Shown here in pieces: positions 7,928-15,799 of a DNA stretch of 29,357 bases. Position numbers and translations under genes: made by a program. Within the stretch, counting starts at the first letter, position 1. Every line of letters begins with the position of its first letter. The DNA is from Nannocystis sp. (GTDB taxonomy: Bacteria; Myxococcota_A; Polyangia; Nannocystales; Nannocystaceae), in assembly GCF_016714285.1 (NCBI RefSeq), contig NZ_JADJNN010000008.1, positions 388,669 to 418,025 on the forward strand. Direction: 5' to 3'. The notes beneath the pieces are model-generated. The model was not told where the DNA came from. It made no database searches and saw only the letters and a list, made by a program, of their open reading frames with translations.

Positions 7928-9859
7928 GTGCGCCGCTCGCTCGAGCTGCGCCCGCAGCAGCCCGACCTCCGCGACTTCCTGGCGACCCTCGACCAGGGCG
8001 CCCGCGACGACCTGCTCGCCCGCTACCCCGTCGACCTCGAGGAGCTCGCGGCGATCGCGACGCCGGCGGCGTGGAAGGGCAAGGACGCCGGCATCCTGCT
8101 CGCGCGCACGGCCGTGCGCGTGCTCCCCAACGGCCTCAGCGAGCGCCTCGATCACCGCGTCATCCGCGTGCTCGACGACCGCGGCATCCGCTCGCAGGCG
8201 ATGCAGGGCGTCGTCTTCGACCCGGCCGAGGCCTACGTCGAGGTCCGCCGCGCCCGCGTGCGCCGGGCCGAGGGCGGGGTCGAGGAGATCGGCGACGCCA
8301 GCGTCGTCGCCCTCACCGACGCCGGTTACCGCATGTTCTACGACCAGCGCCAGCAGCGGGTCACCTTCAACGGCCTGCGCGTGGGTGACACCCTCGAGGT
8401 CGCGTTTGTCCGCCGGGACACCGCGGCGCGCAACAAGTTCGACGACTACTTCGGCGAGATCGCGGCCCTCGAGGACGTGCTGCCGCAGCGCCGCCGCGAG
8501 TACATCCTCGAGGCGCCGGCGGGGCGCAAGCTGTTCTTCAACCAGCCGGTCGAGGCCAGCCCCGGCAAGGAGCCCGGCACGACGCTCTACAAGCTGGTGG
8601 TCGGCGAGCGCAAGGGCATCCGCCCCGAGGGCAACATGCCGGGGTGGACCGAGATCGCGAAGTACCTCCACGTCAGCACCTTCGCCGACTGGGACGCCGT
8701 CGGTCGCTGGTACTGGAGCCTCGTCAAGGAGCAGCTGGTCGTCGACGCCAAGATCCGCGCCGCCGTCAACGAGGTCCTGCTCGGCCTGCCCGAGGGCGCC
8801 GACGAGCGAGCCAAGGTGCGCGCGCTCTACAAGCACGTGATCACCAGCACCCGCTACGTCGGCCTCGAGTTCGGCATCCACGGCTTCAAGCCCTACCGCA
8901 CCACCGACGTCTACGACCGCCGCTTCGGCGACTGCAAGGACAAGGCGAGCCTGCTCAAGGTGATGCTCGCCGAGGCCGGCATCGCGTCGAACCTCGTGCT
9001 GGTGCGCACCCGCGATCAGGGCACGATCGGCGCCACGCCGGCCTCGCTGTCCGCGTTCAACCACGCCATCACCTACGTCCCGAGCCTCGATCTCTACCTC
9101 GACGGCACCGCCGAGTTCTCCGGCCCGGAGGAGCTGCCGACCGGCGATCAGGGCGCGACCGTGTTGATCGTCCGCGACGGCGCCGGCGCCGAGCTGCGCA
9201 CGATCCCGACCAGCAAGCCCGGTGACAACGCCCAGACGATCCGCCAGACCATCGCCCTCGCGGCCGACGGCAGCGCCCGCGTGCAGCACGAGCTCACCGT
9301 CACCGGCGCCGGCGCGGCCGGCTGGCGCAGCATCTTGCAGAGCGCCGACAACCGCAAGGAGCGGCTCACCCACGCCTGGGGCGGCCAGTTCCCGGGCGTG
9401 GTCGTCGCCGACATCGAGGCGCCGACGCTCGGCGACGTGCTGCTGCCGGTCAAGCTGCGCAGCAGCTGGCAGGTGCCGAGCTGGGCCCAGACCCAGGGCG
9501 ACGGCCTGCGCTTCCCGGCGCTCGGCTACCGCACCGGCCTCACGCGCCAGCTCGCCGGTCAGGCCAAGCGCGAGCACGACCTCGTGATGGCCGCGCCGTC
9601 GATCGAGGACAGCCAGCTCGCGTACCAGCTGCCCCGGGGCTGGAAGATCGTCCAGGCCCCCGCCGACAAGCAGATCGACACGCCGCTGGCGAGCTTTCGC
9701 CTGCGCGTCGAGCAGAAGGGCGACACGGCCCAGGTCAGCACCCACATCGAGTACCGCAAGTCCCGCTTCACGCCCGCCGAGTACCGGGCCCTGCGCGACT
9801 TCCTCAGCCAGGTCGACGGCAGCCTCGATCAGGTGTTCGAGATCCGTCCGGAGCGCTAG
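7928..9859 (+). CDS. C-terminal part of the same protein: a DUF3857-like domain plus a transglutaminase-like cysteine-protease core with an intact Cys-His-Asp triad. The reading frame is open upstream to ~7850 and overlaps the end of the previous ORF in the +1 frame.
   Basis: FGDCKDKASLLKVMLAEAGI (Cys codon 8932-8934), SAFNHAITYVP (His) and LYLDGTAEF (Asp) form a transglutaminase-like core. Upstream of the annotated start, the same frame reads HDADIHAQIGRLAARAGDVSAAIQSVRRSLELRPQQPDL. That is a TPR helix pair continuing the TPR array of the preceding ORF. Confidence 0.8.
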   Translation: MRRSLELRPQQPDLRDFLATLDQGARDDLLARYPVDLEELAAIATPAAWKGKDAGILLARTAVRVLPNGLSERLDHRVIRVLDDRGIRSQAMQGVVFDPAEAYVEVRRARVRRAEGGVEEIGDASVVALTDAGYRMFYDQRQQRVTFNGLRVGDTLEVAFVRRDTAARNKFDDYFGEIAALEDVLPQRRREYILEAPAGRKLFFNQPVEASPGKEPGTTLYKLVVGERKGIRPEGNMPGWTEIAKYLHVSTFADWDAVGRWYWSLVKEQLVVDAKIRAAVNEVLLGLPEGADERAKVRALYKHVITSTRYVGLEFGIHGFKPYRTTDVYDRRFGDCKDKASLLKVMLAEAGIASNLVLVRTRDQGTIGATPASLSAFNHAITYVPSLDLYLDGTAEFSGPEELPTGDQGATVLIVRDGAGAELRTIPTSKPGDNAQTIRQTIALAADGSARVQHELTVTGAGAAGWRSILQSADNRKERLTHAWGGQFPGVVVADIEAPTLGDVLLPVKLRSSWQVPSWAQTQGDGLRFPALGYRTGLTRQLAGQAKREHDLVMAAPSIEDSQLAYQLPRGWKIVQAPADKQIDTPLASFRLRVEQKGDTAQVSTHIEYRKSRFTPAEYRALRDFLSQVDGSLDQVFEIRPER

Positions 9860-9866
9860 GCAACCC

Positions 9867-12800
9867 ATGTCATTCCCGTCCGCACCTGTCCTTCGGGCCA
9901 TGTTGTCCTTCGCCGCGATCGCGGCCCCGATCTCGCTGCCGGCGTGCAAGCACAAGGCCGAGACCACGCAGGCGCCGTTCACCGCCGACGCCGCCCGCCA
10001 GCGCGCCGCGGAGCTCGAGCGTCAGCTCGTCAAGCAGCCGCAGGACGACGTCGCCGCGCTCGAGCTGGCCAACCTGCAGTGGTTGCACCTGCGGGCCACC
10101 GCGAAGGCGCTCCCCACCTTCGATCGCCTGGCCGCGCGGGGCAACCCCTACGCCCAGGTCGCGCGCATGATCATCGCCGACGCGCGCCTCGACCTCGTCA
10201 CCGTGCGCAGCATGGCCCACGCGCTGATCAAGGGCGCCGCCGCGGCGCCGGGCCTCGCCCCTGCCGATGTCGCCGAGCGGGCCGCGCTGGCCGAGCTCGG
10301 CGCCCGCTACATCGGCGAGAACCACGGCGAGCTGCCCGACGACGACCTCGACTTCACGCGCTTCTTCGCGGAGGTGGAGCGCCTGCCGCTCCCGGTCGCC
10401 GTCACCCAGCCGCTGCTGAGCCAGCGCGCCAGCATCGCTCGCCGCCTCGATCAGCCCTACCTGGCCTACTACGAGGCTCAGGGCTGCGTGCGCGCCTGGC
10501 AGGTCGGCAAGGTCGAGGGCCACCTCGAGGCCTTCGAGCTGCGCCGCGCCGCGGCCGACCCCGCCGCGTTCGAGCTCGACCCGCAGGCCGTGCTCACGCC
10601 GCTGTCCTGCGTCGTCCGCACCTGGAACCCGACCCCGCGCGCCGGCATGCGGCGCATGCGAAGCTACCTCGACGTCCCTGGCGAGCAGCTCACCCTCAAC
10701 ATCAGCAGTCAGGAGGCGGTCCGCGTCTACCTCGACGGCGCGCCGATCCACCGCAGCGACCGCAGCGACCGCTGGCCCCGCGGCGACAACACCCTCGAGC
10801 TCAAACTACAGCCTGGCATCCACCGCCTCGACGTCCACACCGCCGTGCCGCGCGAGAAGGTCTGGGTCCTGGTCCGCGCCACCGACCACCGCGGTCAGGC
10901 CGTGCCGGCCAGCGTCGAGGCGAAGGGCCCGCTGGCCCCGGCCTTCACAGGTCAGCCCGTGCGCCCGCGTTCGCCGTTCTTCCCATATGCACAGGGCCCG
11001 ATCGCCGGCCCGAGTTACGCGCCGCTGCGCATGCTGCTGGCCGCCTCCGACGCGATGGCCGACGCCAACAGCGACGACGCCGAGGGCTTCATCAAGGCGC
11101 TGCGCCACGCGGGCCCGAACTTCGCCGAGGGCGAGCTGCTGGTCGCGGCCTTCGAGACCGGCGACCCCACGCGTGACCGCAGCACCTCGACGGCGCGCCA
11201 GCGGGCGGCGATCGAGCGGGCCCTGGCGATCGACCCGGGCCTCGCCCGCGCGAGGATCCGCCTGCTCGAGATGGGCCTCGAGCGCGGCGAGACCAGCGAG
11301 GTCCTCGACGCCGTCACCGCGCTCGGCGACAAGGCCCTGCGCAACGTCCCGGGCGAGCTGCTGCGCTACCAGGCCTACCTCGCCCGCGGCAACGAGTTCC
11401 AGTCCGACGCGGCCCTGGCCCGCGCCGCCGCGATCCACCCGGAGCACTGCGCGGTGCTCAAGGCCCAGCGCGTGGTGGCCCAGCGCCGCGGCGACGTCGC
11501 GGCCGAGGACGCGCTCTCCGCGAAGGTCGAGACCTGCCCCGGCACCACCGGCACGCGCGCCCGCCTGGCCGCCCGCCGCGGTCGCCGCGACGAGGCCCGC
11601 GCGCTCTACAAGAAGCTGCTCGAGCGCACCCCCGACGACGTCGACGTGATGGCCGAGCTCGCCGAGCTGGCGATCAGCGAGGACAAGCTCGACGAGGCCC
11701 TCGGCTACCGGCGCAAGATCCTCGGCCTGAACCCCTACGCGACCAGCATGCACGTCGCCATCGCCGACCTCCAGGCGCGCATGGGCGACCCCGCGGCCGC
11801 GCGCGCCAGCGTCGGCGAGGCGCTGGTCCGGGTCCCGCAGAGCATGGCGATGTGGCAGGTCGCGCAGAACATCGGCATCCCGGACGACCTCGAGGCGCTG
11901 CGCGTCGACGGCCTGCCGATCGTCGCGGCCTACCGCGCCGGCAAGCACGACCACGCCGGCGTCGGCGAGGTGCTGGTGCTCGACCGCAGCGTCACCCGCG
12001 TGTACCCCGACGGCAGCCAGCGCCACATCATCCACACGATCACCGAGCTGCGCTCCAAGGAGGCGATCGACCGCTACGGGGAGATCGAGCCGCGCGAGGG
12101 GACCCGCACGCTCACGCTGCACAGCATCAAGGCCGACGGCCGCGTGTTCGAGCCGGAGTCGATCCCCGAGAAGGACGGCCTCAGCCTGCGCGGCCTGCAG
12201 ATCGGCGACTTCGTCGAGTACGAATTCATGTTCGAGCGCGAGGAGCTCGGCCTGCTCCCGGGCTACGTCGACCTCTCGACCTTCCGCTTCCAGTCGCCCG
12301 AGACCCCGTTCCACATCTCGGAGATGATCGTCGCCTACCCGAGCGACATGCCGCTCAAGGCCGAGCTCCGGGCCGGCGCGCCGCAGGCCGTGGTCACCCG
12401 TCTCGCTGCGGTCGCTGGCCTCGCTGCGGGCGCTGGCCAGGGCGAGCTCACCGTGCAGCACTGGCGCGTCGACCGTTCGCCGCGCCTCGGCGTCGAGCCG
12501 CAGATGCGCAACAGCCTGTTCGAGGTCCCGAACGTGCGCGTGTACAGCGACGTCGACACCGCCGCGTGGCTGTCGGCGCTGGGCCTGCGCATCTACACCG
12601 GCCAGCGCAGCAACCTCGAGCTGCGCCAGCTGACCCGCAAGCTGATCGCCGGCAAGACCTCGCCGCGCGCCCGCCTGGAGGCGCTGCACCGCTGGGTCGT
12701 CGAGAACGTCGAGGAGGTCGGCGAGCTCACCGTGCCGGCCACGCTCACGCTCTCGGCGCGCAAGGGCAGCGGCATGATCCTGCTCAAGACCATGCTGCGC

Positions 12801-13718
12801 GAGGCCGGCCTGCGCGCGGAGCTGTGGATCGCCCGCGACAACTTCGGCGCCGACATCAAGCCCGGCGGCAACCCGCTGTTCGAGTCCTACGATTCGCCCT
12901 ACCTGGCCGTTTGGACAGGTGAGGGCGAGACCCCGACGATGGTCATCACCGGCTCCAAGGTGCTGCCGCTCGGCTACCTCGTGCCCGGCCTCTCGGGCGC
13001 GGCCGGCTTTCGCATCCCGCTCAGTGAGAGCGACACGGCGCCCGGCGCCGTTCGCTTCCCGGTCCGGCCGGCCGCGCTCGCCGACCGCCGCAGCTACCGC
13101 GTCCGCCTCGAGCTCGGCCGCGACGGCAGCGGCCGCGTCGAGGGCAGCATCGAGCTGCAGGGCATGGAGGCCGCGGCCTGGCGCGACGTGCTGCGAAACC
13201 TCGACCGCGACCGCATCAACGACGGCTTCGAGCGGGCCGAGCTGTCGGTGCTGTTCCCCGGCGCCACGGTCGAGCTCGCGGACCTGCAGATCGAGCAGGA
13301 GAAGCAGCTGGACGCCCCGCTGCGCCTGATCTTCCAGGGCGGCATCCGCGGCGCCGTGGTGGCCCAGGGCGGCGAGCTGCTGATGCGCGCCGCGACCGTG
13401 CCGCTCAACGTCGGCCTCGGCTACACGGCGCTGCCCGAGCGCAAGACCGGCTACGCGATCCCCTACGCGCCGTTGCTCGATGCCGAGGTGACGATCCAGA
13501 TCGCCGGGGCCAAGTTCACCGGCACGCCCAGCGCCGAGACGATCGACACGCCGCAGGGCAGCTACCACCGCAGCGTCGAGGTCGGCGCGGAGGGCCTGAC
13601 CGTGCGCACGCGTGCGACTCTCGGCACCGGCGTGTTCGGCCCCGAGGTCTACCCCGCGCTCGCCAGCCTGACCCGCCGGGTCAAGGCCGCCGAGGACCAG
13701 GTCATCCGCGCCCGCTGA
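9867..13718 (+). CDS. Large (1283 aa) putative lipoprotein with the same architecture: TPR, DUF3857-like, then a transglutaminase-like fold whose catalytic residues are degenerate (predicted pseudo-enzyme).
   Basis: N-terminal signal with lipobox (MLSFAAIAAPISLPAC). TPR-like helices span ~aa 400-680 (ALYKKLLERTPDDVDVMAELAELAI..., EALGYRRKILGLNPYATSMHVAIADL...). A DUF3857-like segment follows (VLVLDRSVTRVYPDGSQRHIIHTITELRSKEA). The transglutaminase core aligns to the upstream paralog, but the Cys position reads SARKGSGMILLKTMLREAGL (no Cys) and the His and Asp positions are also replaced. It starts 7 nt after the previous stop. Confidence 0.85.
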   Translation: MSFPSAPVLRAMLSFAAIAAPISLPACKHKAETTQAPFTADAARQRAAELERQLVKQPQDDVAALELANLQWLHLRATAKALPTFDRLAARGNPYAQVARMIIADARLDLVTVRSMAHALIKGAAAAPGLAPADVAERAALAELGARYIGENHGELPDDDLDFTRFFAEVERLPLPVAVTQPLLSQRASIARRLDQPYLAYYEAQGCVRAWQVGKVEGHLEAFELRRAAADPAAFELDPQAVLTPLSCVVRTWNPTPRAGMRRMRSYLDVPGEQLTLNISSQEAVRVYLDGAPIHRSDRSDRWPRGDNTLELKLQPGIHRLDVHTAVPREKVWVLVRATDHRGQAVPASVEAKGPLAPAFTGQPVRPRSPFFPYAQGPIAGPSYAPLRMLLAASDAMADANSDDAEGFIKALRHAGPNFAEGELLVAAFETGDPTRDRSTSTARQRAAIERALAIDPGLARARIRLLEMGLERGETSEVLDAVTALGDKALRNVPGELLRYQAYLARGNEFQSDAALARAAAIHPEHCAVLKAQRVVAQRRGDVAAEDALSAKVETCPGTTGTRARLAARRGRRDEARALYKKLLERTPDDVDVMAELAELAISEDKLDEALGYRRKILGLNPYATSMHVAIADLQARMGDPAAARASVGEALVRVPQSMAMWQVAQNIGIPDDLEALRVDGLPIVAAYRAGKHDHAGVGEVLVLDRSVTRVYPDGSQRHIIHTITELRSKEAIDRYGEIEPREGTRTLTLHSIKADGRVFEPESIPEKDGLSLRGLQIGDFVEYEFMFEREELGLLPGYVDLSTFRFQSPETPFHISEMIVAYPSDMPLKAELRAGAPQAVVTRLAAVAGLAAGAGQGELTVQHWRVDRSPRLGVEPQMRNSLFEVPNVRVYSDVDTAAWLSALGLRIYTGQRSNLELRQLTRKLIAGKTSPRARLEALHRWVVENVEEVGELTVPATLTLSARKGSGMILLKTMLREAGLRAELWIARDNFGADIKPGGNPLFESYDSPYLAVWTGEGETPTMVITGSKVLPLGYLVPGLSGAAGFRIPLSESDTAPGAVRFPVRPAALADRRSYRVRLELGRDGSGRVEGSIELQGMEAAAWRDVLRNLDRDRINDGFERAELSVLFPGATVELADLQIEQEKQLDAPLRLIFQGGIRGAVVAQGGELLMRAATVPLNVGLGYTALPERKTGYAIPYAPLLDAEVTIQIAGAKFTGTPSAETIDTPQGSYHRSVEVGAEGLTVRTRATLGTGVFGPEVYPALASLTRRVKAAEDQVIRAR

Positions 13719-13757
13719 GGCGTTGCCGCAGTCGCGCGGACGGGCGACGATGCCCCG

Positions 13758-15032
13758 ATGTCTCCCCGCGTCCCCCTGGTCCTCCTCCTCGCCCACGCGG
13801 GCGCCTGCGGATCGTCGTCGGAAGCCTCGACCACCGGCGACGTGAGCAGCAGCAGCGGCGAGAGCAGCAGCGGCGAGCCCGTCACACCGACCACCGGCGA
13901 GGCCGCGACCGGCAGCGACGACAGCACGAGCAGCGCAGGCAGCGACGCGAGCAGCAGCGGCTCACTCGCCACCAGTGACACCGGCGACACCGGCGAGACC
14001 AGCGACACCGGTGATCCGGGCATCGTCTACCCCGAGCCCGACTGGCAGCCCGGCGATCCGATGGCGCACGGCTTCGACCCCGCGGGCCTCGCCGGCATGG
14101 CCGCGCTCGCCGAGTCGAGCGACTCGAACTGCCTGGTCGTCACCCAGGGCGGCGCCTTGATCGGCGAGTGGTACTGGAACGGCTTCGACGCGGCCAAGAA
14201 GCAGGACAACGTCTACTCGGTCACCAAGTCGGTCACCAGCGCTCTCGTCGGCATCGCCGCCGAAGAGGGCCTGCTCGACATCGAGGCTCCGGTCGGCTTC
14301 ACCGAGTGGGCCGGCAGCGACAGCGAGGCGGTGACGATCCGCAACCTCATCAGCAACAACTCGGGGCGCGAGTGGAGCTTCAACAGCGACTACATCGCCA
14401 TGGGCGTCGCCCCCGACCAGACCCAGTTCGCCCTCGACCTCGGCCAGGACAAGCCGGTGGGCACCTTCTGGGAGTACAACAACGCCGCGATCCAGACCCT
14501 GGAGCGCGCGCTCAAGACGGCCACCGCCGGGCCGCTCGGGGACTACGCCCAGAGTCGACTGTTCGACGCGATCCACATGAGCGCCGACATGGGCAAGGAC
14601 GGCGAGGGCAACGCGCTGACCTACCAGGGCGTCTCGGCGTCGTGCCGCGATCTGGCGCGCTTCGGCTACCTCTACCTGCGCGGCGGCACCTGGGCCGATG
14701 ACGTCCAGGTCGTCCCCGCCGCGTGGGTCAGCGCCACGATCACGCCGAGCACCGCCTTCAACAGCGCCTACGGGTACATGTGGTGGCTCAATCGCCCGGG
14801 CCACTGGATCTTGCCCTCGGTGCCGCTGCGCACCGAGGGCGACGGCAAGCTGATCCCCGCGGCGCCCGACGAGGTGTTCGCGGCGATCGGCGCCTTCGGT
14901 CAGTTCGTGGTCGTCGATCCCACCACCGATTCGGTGTGGGTGCGACTCGGGCCGATCGACCTCGGCGACGCGTCGGGCTTCGGCAAGCTCAATGCGCTGT
15001 GGGACGCCTTCGAGGCGGCGCAAATTCCGTAG
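13758..15032 (+). CDS. Beta-lactamase-family serine hydrolase (PBP/esterase-like) lipoprotein with a Ser/Thr/Asp-rich tether.
   Basis: Signal plus lipobox (MSPRVPLVLLLAHAGAC|GSS). Low-complexity linker ~aa 20-95. S-x-x-K motif YSVTKSVTSALVG and Y-x-N motif WEYNNAA. The C-terminal GAFGQFVVVDP segment is typical of class C / EstB-like hydrolases. Confidence 0.8.
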   Translation: MSPRVPLVLLLAHAGACGSSSEASTTGDVSSSSGESSSGEPVTPTTGEAATGSDDSTSSAGSDASSSGSLATSDTGDTGETSDTGDPGIVYPEPDWQPGDPMAHGFDPAGLAGMAALAESSDSNCLVVTQGGALIGEWYWNGFDAAKKQDNVYSVTKSVTSALVGIAAEEGLLDIEAPVGFTEWAGSDSEAVTIRNLISNNSGREWSFNSDYIAMGVAPDQTQFALDLGQDKPVGTFWEYNNAAIQTLERALKTATAGPLGDYAQSRLFDAIHMSADMGKDGEGNALTYQGVSASCRDLARFGYLYLRGGTWADDVQVVPAAWVSATITPSTAFNSAYGYMWWLNRPGHWILPSVPLRTEGDGKLIPAAPDEVFAAIGAFGQFVVVDPTTDSVWVRLGPIDLGDASGFGKLNALWDAFEAAQIP

Positions 15033-15059
15033 ACGTCGTAGAAGCCGTGGCCGCAGGGC

Positions 15060-15692
15060 TCAGCCAGCGAGCGCCTGGCCGGCCCGCGCCAGCGCCGACA
15101 CGCAGGCCAGCGCCGCGTCGAGCTGGGCGTCGCTCGGCAGCGCGGCGCACGGCCAGATGAGCAGGACGATGCCGTTTTGGTGCAGCAGGTAGGGCCGCGG
15201 CAGCTGCATCAGCGCCTTGCGCACGGCCTCGTCGCACAGCTGCGGCGCCCGGGCGCGGTGGTTGCTCCACAGCTGCAGGCCGGGCTCGCTGTCGACGCGC
15301 TGGCCGGGGTGGCGGGCCGTCTGGGCGACCGGCGAGCTGTGGGCGAACAGCTCGCAGACGAGCCATGGGCTGCGCGGCAGGCGGGTCTCGAGGAACACCC
15401 CGATCTCGCCGTGGGCGACCGCGCCCTGGCTGAGGTGGAAGCTGGCGCCCGCGACGGCGCCGATCACCGCGAAGCCGCCGCTGCGCTCGACCAGGTGCCA
15501 GCCGCGGCGCTTGGCGAGCGCGGCCCAGTGGGCCCGGTCGCGGGCCAGGCTGCGGCGGTGGCGGATCCACAGGTTGGCCAGGGCGAGCCCCGCCGCGGCC
15601 GCGAACGCGGCGCCGAGCAGCAGCCCGCGCAGCGAGGGCGGGCGCTCGAGGAGGGCGTGCAGGGCCGGGTGCGCGTGGCGGGAGGCGAGCAC
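15060..15692 (-). CDS. Hypothetical small membrane protein with one predicted TM helix. GTG start.
   Basis: 210 aa with a varied, non-shadow composition (W, F, H, Y, I, N, K present). TM segment LLLGAAFAAAAGLALANLWI. GC3 is strongly biased in this frame, whereas the overlapping plus-strand ORF 15177..15803 has the composition of an antisense shadow. Confidence 0.5.
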   Translation of the reverse strand: MLASRHAHPALHALLERPPSLRGLLLGAAFAAAAGLALANLWIRHRRSLARDRAHWAALAKRRGWHLVERSGGFAVIGAVAGASFHLSQGAVAHGEIGVFLETRLPRSPWLVCELFAHSSPVAQTARHPGQRVDSEPGLQLWSNHRARAPQLCDEAVRKALMQLPRPYLLHQNGIVLLIWPCAALPSDAQLDAALACVSALARAGQALAG

Positions 15693-15746
15693 GACCGCAG
15701 GCTAGCACGCCGCGGTGGTCCGCCCCAGATCCCGCGATCACGGCTC

Positions 15747-15792
15747 ACCTGTCCCTGGAGACAGGCACCAATCGCCTGTCCCTGGGGACAGG
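15747..15792. repeat. Two copies of an 18-bp palindrome, CCTGTCCCTGGAGACAGG and CCTGTCCCTGGGGACAGG (8-bp arms CCTGTCCC/GGGACAGG), separated by 9 bp (CACCAATCG). They lie in the intergenic space between the DUF1552-like gene's stop and the downstream minus-strand gene's start.
   Basis: Direct reading. The second copy is a perfect inverted repeat with a 2-nt centre; the first has one arm mismatch. Loops this short make a transcription-factor operator more likely than a terminator hairpin. Confidence 0.6.
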
Positions 15793-15799
15793 TGCGGGC

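Noticed and set aside
5830-13796. Long minus-strand ORFs 5830..7866 (678 aa), 7451..9982 (843 aa) and 10806..13796 (996 aa), and plus alt-frame ORFs 6084..6923, 7854..8840, 9944..11176 and 11852..12922.
   Set aside because: These are GC-rich shadows rich in Gly/Ala/Arg/Asp with no domains. The plus-strand frames 5863.., 7928.. and 9867.. carry signal peptides, TPR helices and a transglutaminase-like core.
15033-15090. Possible bidirectional terminator between the convergent hydrolase gene and the 15060..15692 gene (GCCAG-cgagcg-CCTGGC).
   Set aside because: The stem is only 5 bp with no U-tract, and the element overlaps the end of the minus-strand gene. Too weak to call.
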